From assembly GCF_026571515.1 (NCBI RefSeq), contig NW_026858341.1, forward strand, positions 558,001-622,000: a DNA stretch of 64,000 nucleotides, written 5' to 3'. The translations under genes and the position numbers were made by a program. How positions within the stretch are numbered: position 1 is the stretch's first letter; each line of letters starts with the position of its first letter. Shown here in pieces: positions 53,030 to 64,000 of this stretch. Below the pieces are notes generated by a model. The model made no database searches. It saw only the letters and a list, made by a program, of their open reading frames with translations, and had not been told where the DNA came from. Source of the stretch: Ruditapes philippinarum. Taxonomy: Eukaryota.

Positions 53030-56000
53030 TTATCGCTCAGAATATTTACAATGTGGACAGTGGATATGACAGCGAAGCTTGTTCTTTGATAATTGCACTG
53101 CAAATATTTCATTGTCTACTAAAAGTTTATGCATCATCTTGCTGTCCGGTATAGATATTTTTGTCCATTTTAATTTTCTGGGGCATCCACTAGTCAGAAG
53201 TTCTTCATGACGAATAAAGCTCATTTCTAAATTCGGATCAATATAACATAATGTTTTGTAAAGTTTGATCCAAAAACCGTTGCAAAAAAGATATTCTGTC
53301 CTTTGGTCATCGGATTCAAGCTCAAAGAGCTCAATCAGGTACCTTTTAGATGAAAGTGGCCAATATATATTCGTCAAACAATAACAACGCTTGTTGTTAT
53401 ATATAACAAATCCTTTGTTTGTCGTAGATATTTTATAATCAGTTGCTTGCTCTAAACAAAATGTTTCCATTTTGTAACTTATAAGATCAAACAGTATCAC
53501 AGACCTTTGGTCTTTTGGAAGTAAAGCGACTGTAGAAAGTGTGCCATTAATACATGCCCGTGAAATGTCAATGTTACGCAAATAAAATATCGGTAAAATT
53601 TCTACATCTTGACTTGTAACATTGGCAACATGAAAAGCGGTATTAACCGAGTCCTTCACAGTTATACTCTGGTCCCCGCTTCTAAAATATCCTGGGAATA
53701 ATCTTTCATCATCACAAATGATCCGTACTCTGATTCTTTTTTGTGATGATTCTAAACCTGTGTTACTTGATGAAATCCCAGGGCAATCAGCATCAATATT
53801 TCTATATTCCGTTTGATTACCAGCAAGTGTTTCTATAATTTGAACATGTTTTCTTGTGAGAACGAGCAACGTGTTATCTGCTAGGCATACATTTGTTATT
53901 GTCTCCTTAGATATGTCCTCATCTTTCAGGTAAAATCTGTATGAGTTTATTTCGTTATTTTCTATATTCAAGGTCGTAAACATAGGCATCAAGTGACCTT
54001 CTCCTTTAGTAAAATATAACTCAGGTTTTGTGTTCCTTATGCCAGAAATATTTCTATAAAGAATGTCGTTGCTGTTTTCAGGAATCAGTCTATACCACGT
54101 GTCGTTTTGAGGATTAAAGCATAAGAGGGAACCTTTCTCACCGGTCATGATCAAAACATCACATTTACATTCGCCTCCATGTAACGTGCTTCCCACATCG
54201 CTTGAAAAAATAATCTCATTCAATATGTCAATACAAGAAGCTTCACGCAAAAGAGAGTCGGTAATATCTTGTAAATCAATTGTGTCAAATAGTTCCTTAA
54301 CATTTGCCTTTGTCTCATCCGAGTTATTTCTTACCCAGTGCATTAGAAACGATAAACGTTCGTCCATTGATACATAAGAGAGTCGTTCGTCAGTAAATAG
54401 CTTTTGGATTAATTCCCTTGAAAAGTACAGTGCCTCTTCGGTTTTGAAAACTTCGTGCAGATGGCTTTCTATGTAAGCCATACCATTTGGAACTTCGAAA
54501 TTATACACCGAAGCGAGTTTCAGTACGTATATGTAAGTTTTTTCCGTAATTTCAAAATCACGAAGCCAATTGATGCAAGTAGTTTTAAGACCTTCAATCA
54601 TGAAGTATTCGGCTTGTTGAAGAAGTATCTCTACATTGTCTATGTTTATATCTGCACAACGCCATATAGGTACATGATTGCCATCTCAACTGAATCTGGG
54701 GTACCAACACTTACATCGACCAGTTCTACAATAAATGTACAAAATGCACTCGACATGTGTGATGAGCAACATGTCTTATACCCCTTTCATGATAACAACA
54801 ATAAAACAATTGTATTACACTAAACTCAGAAAATGCACTTTGTGCACTTTGTATACTTAATTTCGTTTGATTTACTTAAAATTTAAGTATGTAAAACTCA
54901 TTTCTATTATTCAGGTAACCTTATTTTATCTTATGTTTCAATTTTAAATAGATCTGCGATATTAAAGAATACATTGGTTTCTAAAATCAAGACGAAATGA
55001 CTGTTATACACAATACGAATAAGAGTTGTTTACCTGTTCGCTTTTCTGTAAAATTTGCACTCATCGCTCTATCAAAAAAAGGACATGAGACAAGCACGCA
55101 TCGATGAAATCGTTTTGCCTGAAGAATATATTAAAGACATTATGGGCTATAATAAAGCCAAACAAAGAAAAAAATAACGGAATTCCTTAGGAACGGCCAA
55201 AACAGCGAAATCAAAAACGCTAAGGTTCCGTTTGGTTAAGCCTGTTTATGGGCGGTACTTAACAGGGCAAGTTACCGTCAAGTCTGCCTAGCACATTGTT
55301 AAAGTAAGAATTCCCAACATGAAACCGGTTTTGATATTTAGAGGTTTAAAATACTTGGGTTTTTTCGCCCATTATGAGATAGTGGACCCCGAAGATGTGC
55401 GAAAATTGGTCTGAGGGCCGCAGGCCCGACCGGAAAAATTATGGACTCAAAGGGCCTCATCCGCAAAAATTGGCCGAGCAACAACCAAGTATTAACGTCT
55501 TTAATACCTATGTCCAAAGAAAATACGGCATTTAGACATTCGCCGCCTGATCTCTTTAGTTGTCGCCACTTTCTAAGAAAACGAACAGTGGTCCAATGTA
55601 AAACAATTATCTTCATTCAGTTTAACCTTCATTTACTACTTTGAAAACATGACAAAAAAACAGAAATATGAGACAAATATTGTTTTATTGTTGTTTATCA
55701 AAAAATTTACTTTTAATATAGTTTTGTAAAATAACTTTTGTCCCCATTTTTTTTATGAATTTTTTGGCCTTCAAGGAAGGGTTTTTCCGAACGATTCTAG
55801 CTCTTTTTTGCCATCATCCCCACCCTTTTTTTTCCCCCTAAAAATAAAAATCGTTTTTGGAAATTCGGGGGGGTTTCATTTTTTATTTTGAGTAGAGTTA
55901 TTGTATTTTTTTCCCTGATTTTTTAAAAAACCCTTAAATGCCCTAAGTTTGTGTTGATAGAGACGGGATTACGTCTTTTAAACTTAACATTTTGTTTTCA

Positions 56001-56800
56001 AGTGACTACAGTTCATTCAACTTTTAAAACGACAGAAAGCCCACCCTTAAAATCACTGATAGTTGTTTAAACCTTTCTTTTTCACGTGCGCTCATTCACT
56101 CGCCCATTATGGAAAAATAATGCCGAGTATCAAGGCGGCCGAAATTGCAAAATGACCTAGATCTTGCCATAATGACCCTGAAATACCCTTAATTTTGTTA
56201 CTATATATAGTAACATAGGTATTAATGTGAATTAAGAAACATCTAAACTTTTGCCTAGAACAATTAAATGTTCTCATGTGTACTAGCCTACATTGGAGTA
56301 TGTTTAATTTAACATCAGGCTTCACTGTAAATCGTTCTTTGTAATAAGGTAACTGGGATTTGTTTTGAACAACAAACACAAATTACATAATGGAGGCTGA
56401 TTTCCCTCCTACATCTAAGTATTAAAATTAATTTAATTAATAAGCATACGTCTAGTGGAGTGCCAGAAGCCAATGACCAGTATTCGTGATGGCTTTACAA
56501 CTTGTTTTTCATGTTTTAAGAATATTTCACTTAATGGGTTTTTTTTCACTTATTTTAAAAGGGGCATAGGTTTAAAACAAAAATTTTAAAATTTAAGTAA
56601 AGGTAAAACCTGAAAACCTCAAGACTTACAATTCCCTCAAAAACTGATTAAATTTAAAATGTTTAAATAATTTTGATTTTAACGAATAACTTTTTTTCCC
56701 CAAAAATCCAACTTTAACTGAAAAGTCACACAAGGGGTTTTGGATCACCAATTGTTCAACAGTATTTTAAATTTTTGGAGCTATCTTAAACCGCTATATT
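53030..56800 (-). CDS. BTB-BACK protein C (paralog of A); frameshifted and corrupted as written
   Basis: Exon 3 54725-53030 (one base missing at about 54654: GTG CA GAT vs GTG CCA GAT in A; ends KLRCHIHCPHCKYSER). Exon 2 55118-55034 (AKRFHRCVLVSCPFFDRAMSANFTEKRT, 85 nt). Exon 1 remnant about 56800-56700 (LCDFSVKVG) lies in a homopolymer-corrupted patch. The 523-aa ORF is otherwise clean. Confidence 0.8.
55185..55340 (-). mobile_element. Dispersed about 260-bp repeat family, partial copy 3, in intron 1 of gene C
   Basis: GTTTGGTTAAGCCTGTTTATGGGCGGTAC...GCAAGTTACCGTC...CCTAGCAC matches 52410-52480. Confidence 0.65.
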
Positions 56801-58995
56801 TTTCCCTAAAATTTAAAAGGTTGTCCAAACATGGCTAAAATTTATAAGATATTACAATATTTATTAATTTTTTGTTTTTGTGTTGGCGGTTTGTTTTGGG
56901 TTTTTGAAATATTTATGCATTTTAAGACTTTTAAAAAAAAAATTTGATTATTAAAAAAGTTGTAAAAATTTTTTCCCAAAACCCATTTTTTAATTGCCCT
57001 AAATTAAACCTTTTCTACACATTTTTAAAAATTTTGGTCTCTTTTTCGTTGGGAAAATTTCTTTTAATTTTAAGATTAATGTTTTTATAATAGTAATCGA
57101 ACTTTAAAAAATACACACATCAAATTTTTGATAACTAGTAATTAATTATTCAAAAAGAAAACTACAATATTTTACCTTCCGAACTTGTAAAAATCTAGGC
57201 CACCGTGTGCGAGATACAAAGCTTAATCACAAAGATAACGCATAGTGTAAATTTTAAATGACTTATGTTTCATGTATGTGTTGGAGCTATGTTAAGACTA
57301 GATGTCACATTGATATCGTTCGTTTTATCATTAAAGTGTAAAGTTTAAACTGTTATATAACATTTGTTGTATATTTGTATATTTGATTACTGAAATTAAA
57401 AGATTTTACCTTATTCACATGAAATCGAGTCGTTCAAACAATTTACACTATTTAAGCTAGAAATAACTATTCTTGTATCTCCATATTCCAGCGAGTTGTT
57501 ATTTCATTTTTATTGACTGAAACATGTTCAATACGTAGAAAAAAGATAACCAAATAATTTATGCCTTCAGTGACATGTGATTTATGTATGTGTTGGATCT
57601 ATTTTTAGAATAAATTTTGTTTAGATATTTAAAAATTTACAATGTATGAGATCACCGCCGGTTATTATCTAGATTTGACGTAGCTAGGACATATCATAAA
57701 CATAAAACTTTATTTCGTGGAATTTCGAGAAATTGTGAAGCTATTTTGGATGCAACGTAATTTAGTTAAAATCAGCCAATATTCGTTCGTTAGAAATATA
57801 AAAAGGTAAGATTTTATTGGTTATATCTTTAATATAATTACAAATCATGCATTGATCTTTTTCTGTCCTTTTAATCACATGTTATATGCTAAGATAGATT
57901 TGATCTATGAGGAAATAATTTCTAATAAAATCAAAAGAAATCGAAAGAAAATTATAATATATCCAAAACCCCTAAAGAAAAAAATTTTTTAAACGAAAAT
58001 TGGGGTAAACCCCCAAAGGGGTGTATTCTTTTGGAAAAAAAAGTAAAAAATATTATTGTTAAGGGTTTTTCCCCAAAAAAAGGGAAAACAATAAACATTG
58101 AGGGGGCTTTAGTGGATTTTTTCTCCCCTTGATAGAAAAAAAGGTTAAACCAAAAAGTAAAAAGGTTTCCCAAAAATTTGGAATCATTTTTATTTTTTTC
58201 GTTGGGTTTTTTTTTAAGGGCAGGTTGATAAAGTCTTAATCCCAAATTTTTTCCCCATGCTTTAAACCCAAAAATTTAAAAACCCTTTAAATAAAAAAAA
58301 GTTTTATTTTTGTCAACAGATTCCCCCACTTTTTCGCAAAAATTTTAAACTGAATTTTTACAAATGAAACATAAATTGCCCTAATTAATTTAGTTTTCTT
58401 CAAAGAAATTTGGCGATAAAGTCCGAGTAATCCAATAGCTTAGGACCTACCTATTTATATGGAGTACTCAGGGGAGGTTATTCACTAAAGTCCCTCATTG
58501 CAAGGCGTCAAACAATTTCATACACGGCATGGAAATTTGACGTCATTTATTATTATGACAATATTTATAAATTACTCTATAACTATTGATGATAATGAGT
58601 GAAGAGAACTATCGATTTATACACTTAGATAATGAACTTGACATCATTTAAATGTGTGTAAACGTTTTTACAGTAATTGATAGACTATATTAGAATATTA
58701 AAATCTTGTGATATAACTTCATGCTAGTTTTACTCTGAAACAAATACTGTTTAATCATGTCCATATGTGTAATGAATGATAATGCTTGAATCAAAATATT
58801 TTAATGTATTTTGTAATGTAAAATAATGACACAATCCCCCACGTTTCCCTGAAAACACGTTTTTAAAAAAAAAATACGATCTGGTAAAATAACGGGGGAA
58901 ATTTTTCGTTTTGTAAAATTTTGGGTGCTTTAAAATTGTGTGGGTTTTATTTTTTTTTTCATAAAAAATTTGTAAAATTTGGTTGGGGCAGAGGA

Positions 58996-61900
58996 ATGGA
59001 GGGTTTAAAAAATTTCAAACACGACCCTGAGTTTAAAATTTTAGGTCTTGTTCATTTAGGGGGGCGGGGAAAAAGCCAATTTTTTTGGGCGTTTACAGTT
59101 TATAAAGGGTGATTGGGGAAGTACCTATCTTCTTAAGTATATTATTTTTGTTTTCAAGAAAATTATGAAGAAACACTAAAATATTCTTTATTTGTCAATG
59201 TATTAAATATCAAACTATGTTAAACATACAGATAAGTCTCTTTTATATACGGTGATGAGTTTATATACTTTTTCTTCAATAAAACATTTTCTTATCAAAA
59301 CAGATAATAGCCTGCATGTGATATGGCATTCCTGAAAGAATAATTATGCTCATAACTAATTTGCATAAAGTATATAAGGTACAAACGACAATATTCGAAA
59401 ACACTATATAGTTTTGTAAGATTTCAAGTCGACACATTTTAAAATTTCACTTGAGTTGTTTTACTTTAGGAGGTTTAACATCATGACATAATATATCGTC
59501 CTTGGCGAAACCACAGGTTCCCGTTTGTGAAACTAATTTAACAACATAAACGTCCTATTTCATAAAAAATAAATATATTTTGCATTATGTTGATTCGAAA
59601 TGTATATCGAATAGCGTTAACGCCTCATTTACCATTGTATGTTTATCAAAAAATTGACCTTAATTTTCAGAGAAAGAGATTTCATAGATGTGTGCTTACA
59701 GCAAGTCTGCTATTTCGTTCCATTATAGATACACAGATTGCGAACCCAAAGACAGGTAATTTTATACCTAATACGTCCATAATGTCCCAGATATTTTTTT
59801 TTTATAATTTTTATTTCTATAAAGCTTTTTCATTTTTGATGTTTTGTTATAGTTTCCAATTAGTAAGTTATTGGCCATATTGCTGAATAATATTTTGCAG
59901 TTAAGTGATTTAGTTTCTTGTTTAGAAGGCAACATACCAATTTGTTTACATTTTTCTTCTTTGGTGACTAATTATTTCACATTTATACATGCGATAGGCT
60001 TCTAGGATGATCTCTAAAACCATTATTTTAATGTTTAAAATTCATATTTACGTGGGGAAAATTGTAATTGAGGCATGTTTTCATTTTTAAATGTTACCTT
60101 GCTTGAAATTGAATTGTTGATAAATACGTGCAATACCGTCAATGCGTCAATGTAAATTTTGTGACTTGAATAAATCAAACAATTTCGCTTAGTATGCCAT
60201 AATCATAAGTGCCTTTTCACGAAATATGTATTAATTTTAGACAGTGATGATGGGAAAACTGACAGAATACAGGATAGGGAACTTGAGATAAAAATAGACA
60301 CTTCCCCTGATATTGTTGAGATGGCAATCATGTTCATGTACGGAAGAGTCCCTGCATTCACTATCACCAATATAGGTGATCTTCTAGAACTTGCAAAATA
60401 CCTCAAAATGAAAGAGCTAAGGCATGCCTGTGTAGATTGGTTTAACTCCGTAGATTATTCGGAAATAAATATTATCTATGTTCTGAAATTATCGAAAAAG
60501 TATGATTTTGAAATTCCTGCATGTATCCAATTTTATCGAAAAATTTATTTTTCCAGGGAAAAGTTTCTACATCAGAGGGGCCCCCCGATCTTCCCTTTAA
60601 AAACTTTTGTCCCGTCTTTTTTCACTGATGGGGAGGTTTTCAAAAGGGACCCAAAAAGACGAAAAATTAAAAATTCCTGGGAATTTGTTTTGAATTTGGT
60701 ATACAACTGATTCGGCGAAAGATTTTGTTATCAAATTGTTTAAAACTCTTGACTTATCCGAAGTAACGCAATTATTGTGGGAGAACGCTAAAAAAGATGC
60801 AAAGTTTAATATGATCTTCCATTTAGAAAATAAAGTTAGACATACTTACCAAGAAAGTTCTAGAAAATGTGTGATGATAATGTCTGATGAAACTAAGTTT
60901 GTTTGTTTAGATCTATATGATAATCGGTGGTACAGACTAACTTCTAGCTTCTACGAACGATATCCATCCGACGAATTCCAGGCAGAAATTGCTGGTGTAA
61001 GAAATAATAACCCCGAAGTGTATTTCAAAGGACATGAAGATGTTTTTTATCGGGACAATGAAGAACATTTAATTACCGTAGACCTCGATTCTGATGAGAT
61101 ACATGGAAAACACCCCAAATTCCCCTTGAAAAATGATGATGTTTTCCCGATGCCAAAATTGATGACATTTTAACCCCCAAAAACACCCTAGAAATTTTTC
61201 AATTTAAGATAAGGGAGTCGCAATATTGAAAAGACTATTCAAATGTATGAAGATTTTAGTAGTTCCGAGAGTGAATCTGAATGTGTCGGCTCAAACCACC
61301 AGAATCAAAATCAGAATGAAATAAATTGTATCAGACAGCCGCAACATTCTCCTGGACTTATTCCAGATGCGAGCACAAGTACAATACATACAACAGGATC
61401 ATCTATTGATTGTTCTATGTTTAAAAAAGGCCGAAACGATAGAATCACTTTTACCAGCGTTTATGTCGGAGAGACTTCACACCACGACATTGAAATGAGT
61501 TCGTTGTTTTCTTTTCGAAAAGAAAACGTAACTCAAATAAGTATGAATAATGGTTCTGTCTTGGCTCTGCTTACCGAATCAGGAAATGATATGCATATAA
61601 TTCTTTATGACCTGGAGGAGTGTAAGATGGAACGGGTGTTGACCGTGCAGGAAGGACAATATGAAATATGTCCGATGGAAAATGGATTTCTTTTGCATAA
61701 CCATACACAGTGTTACTGTATTACGAAGGATACTGTACCAAGCGTCTCAAAAAGTTATAGGGTCCAGAAAATCATGCTGGAAAATAGGGAAGACTGGTTT
61801 GTAAAGTATCGTTTTCAAAATGGTGTTTGGATTAGAGTTTTGCGCCGAAGTATGGACAGTGATGTGAAGCTTCAATATATTTTTCATGACGAACTAGCAG

Positions 61901-62079
61901 CAAACCACTCCTCTTGTGATATAGATTGGAGGTCTGTGTCAATGCCTAAAGACGAATCTTTATTCCAGAATGTCAAGAATTTGAATAATGTGTTCATAGT
62001 TCCCCTTTCAAAAAGAAAACTGAGGTGTAATATTGAATGTCCACATTGCCGGTTTTCGGACGAAGCTGAATTTTTCTAA
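58996..62079 (+). CDS. BTB-BACK protein D (paralog of B); interrupted by corrupted patches
   Basis: Exon 1 remnant about 58996-59117 (MEG...HDPE...GDW-like). Exon 2 59671-59755 (RKRFHRCVLTASLLFRS, 85 nt). Exon 3 60241-62079 covers ORFs 60321, 60736 and 61243, collinear with B, ending KRKLRCNIECPHCRFSDEAEFF. Frame breaks are confined to about 60530-60735 and 61105-61240. Confidence 0.8.
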
Positions 62080-62163
62080 TCATGGAATATCATGAGCTCA
62101 TATATTAGTTTAAGATAAACAAATTAATATTTGCAAATATGGAGGCGGTGTCCGCTTAATATT

Positions 62164-63361
62164 CGAGGTATGATCAAACAATTCTTGGCCCGATATACTT
62201 CTAGCCACTACACTGACATTTACACACGATACGTCGACACCGATATCTAAATGAAGATTTATATTACTGACCGAGTTTCACGCGGTTTTACACAGATAAA
62301 GTAACATAAAACACACTTTGATCAGTAGAGGGATGTTTCATTTAGACCAAATGGAAAGTTGAAATCAGAGCCTTCATTAAGTACCTCTGTAAGAAAGGGA
62401 TGTCCAAGGAAATCCATGAATACTTCATGGATACACCATGAATACTTCATGGATACACTTGAGAAGGAGTCCCCTTCTTATAGCACTGTGAAAAACTGAG
62501 TTGCTAAATTTAAGAGGGGCAGGGAGCATTGGAGATGATGAGCAGCCTGGGCGGCCAAAAGAGGCCACCAGCGATTAAACTGCCGAAGCTGTTCACGATC
62601 TGGCCATGTGCGACAGGAGGCGAGACATGTGAAGCATTGCTAGGGAAGTGGGTATAAGCTTTTGGTTCAGTTCGTGCAATTCTGACTGATGTCTATGGCA
62701 TGATTTTATCTACCGGATCGTACCTCAGGATGAAACATGAGTCCATCACTCCGATCCAGAATTTAAAAAACAGAGCATGCAGTGGAAGCACAATGGCTCA
62801 CCCCTTCCGAAGAAATTCAAGAGGGTGCCATCAGCAGGGAAGATCATGGCTTCAGTTTTTTTTTGAATAGTCAGAGGTTTATCATGATTGACTTTCTTGA
62901 GCAAGGTCGTACCATAAACGGTGCGTACTATGCAAAATTTTTTACGTCTGCGTCAAGAATCGGAGGGGCAAACTGACTCAAGGTGTTCTGCTTTTACACG
63001 ACAATGCACCAGCTCACACATCCCAAGTTGCGATGGCTGTTGCAGATGATTGCGGCTTTGAAATTCTTCCCCATCCCTTATATTCTCGGTCTTGCCCCCC
63101 CTCTGACTTCTACCTGTCTCTGAAACTGAAAATCAAGCTTCGTAGTAAACGTTTTGGAAGCAATGAATGAGTCATGAAGGCGGTCAATGAGTTCTTTGAG
63201 GACCAAAAAGAAAGTTCTATTTTGAAGGGTTAAACAAGTTGGAGCGCAGGTGGGCAAAGTGCATTGATGTAGAGGGCGAATGTGTTGAAAAGTAAGACCA
63301 TTAGTTTGGTTCTCTGACTACCGGAAGTACATCGAGGCGAGAACTTTTTGATCAATCCTCG
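62164..63361 (+). mobile_element. Decayed mariner (DD34D) transposon, irritans-like
   Basis: About 40-bp imperfect TIRs CGAGGTATGATCAAACAATTCT... / ...AGAACTTTTTGATCAATCCTCG-TA. Transposase remnants IRAFIKYLCKKG, FKRGR, GRPK, GDET(W)VHH, SMQWKH, SAGKIMAS, LLLHDNAPAHTS, LPHPLYS...PSDFYL, RWAKCIDVEGECVEK*. Stops, frameshifts, an internal deletion and a 22-bp duplication at about 62414-62457. Confidence 0.92.
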
Positions 63362-64000
63362 TATATTTAAAATCAGTAAATCAAACAGTTAAAAGAATTA
63401 TACGCTCCAATTTGATGTATTAATATTGCCTTAGTCTAGGATGACAGTTTAAGGTAGAATGATTGAGTGGGCAAAATACTTTACGCTTTGGATCTGCCTA
63501 GGCATTTTTGAAATATGTTCATGTTTTTTTAGATATAACGTAGTATTATCTTTACATACTTAATGAGTTTTCGAATTTTTCTGGTATTTAATATTCGGAA
63601 AATAGTGCTGTCCTTTCTTAATTAACATTTGCAAATGATTCATTTGTCATGCTATCAGTCATTGATTGTATTTATTAGCATTTGAAACACAGCAAACGTC
63701 AATTATTCCACTGTTGTTGATTATGTTTAATTTTATTTACGTTTTTATTTTTATACTGTGATACGAGGAAATATATTATCCGCCATTTTGTATGTAAGCA
63801 TTATTGCATTCAATTCATGACGTCATCATCAAGATTCCACAGAAAAGATATGTATTCACTAACATAGTTTGTAGTTCTACAACATTATCATCGCTTCCCT
63901 ATTATGTTATGTTAAATAAAATGTGTATAAATGAAATGTGTATGTTTTTTTAAATCTTCTTTAAGTGTTGCATGTGTTTGATACAAAACAAACTCTTCTC

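Noticed and set aside
57952-58245. K/F/P/G-rich ORFs (57952, 58921)
   Set aside because: Composition arises from the homopolymer-rich corrupted sequence.
53030-62079. Firm pseudogene call for C and D, or programmed frameshifting
   Set aside because: Lesions are one homopolymer deletion and clustered low-quality patches. Long clean ORFs, splice sites and motifs are retained, and no slippery-site structure is evident.

Overview
AT-rich, intron-containing animal DNA. The SINE, MITE and satellite types and the gene families suggest a bivalve mollusc (inference). Splicing by hand gives three gene groups. (1) Two tandem + strand paralogs encode secreted mosaic proteins: signal peptide-ShKT-[LU/three-finger + Ser/Thr linker]-TSP1-Ig-PIIG* (about 5.7-10.4 kb), and a copy lacking the LU cassette (about 16.2-18.4 kb). 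(2) A 232-aa six-EF-hand Ca-binding protein gene (22.9-26.5 kb). (3) Four BTB-BACK genes with a non-Kelch beta-rich C-terminal region and an invariant terminal KLRCxIxCPHC motif, arranged as two duplicated head-to-head pairs (A<- ->B at 38-46 kb; C<- ->D at 53-62 kb). These pairs are the best candidate for an undescribed system. Repeats include a 200/400-bp dimeric satellite, a foldback-like element, a 40-45-bp minisatellite, tRNA-derived SINEs, MITEs and a decayed mariner. Several single-base frameshifts and homopolymer-corrupted patches (55.7-61.2 kb) look like consensus errors, so pseudogene calls are uncertain.
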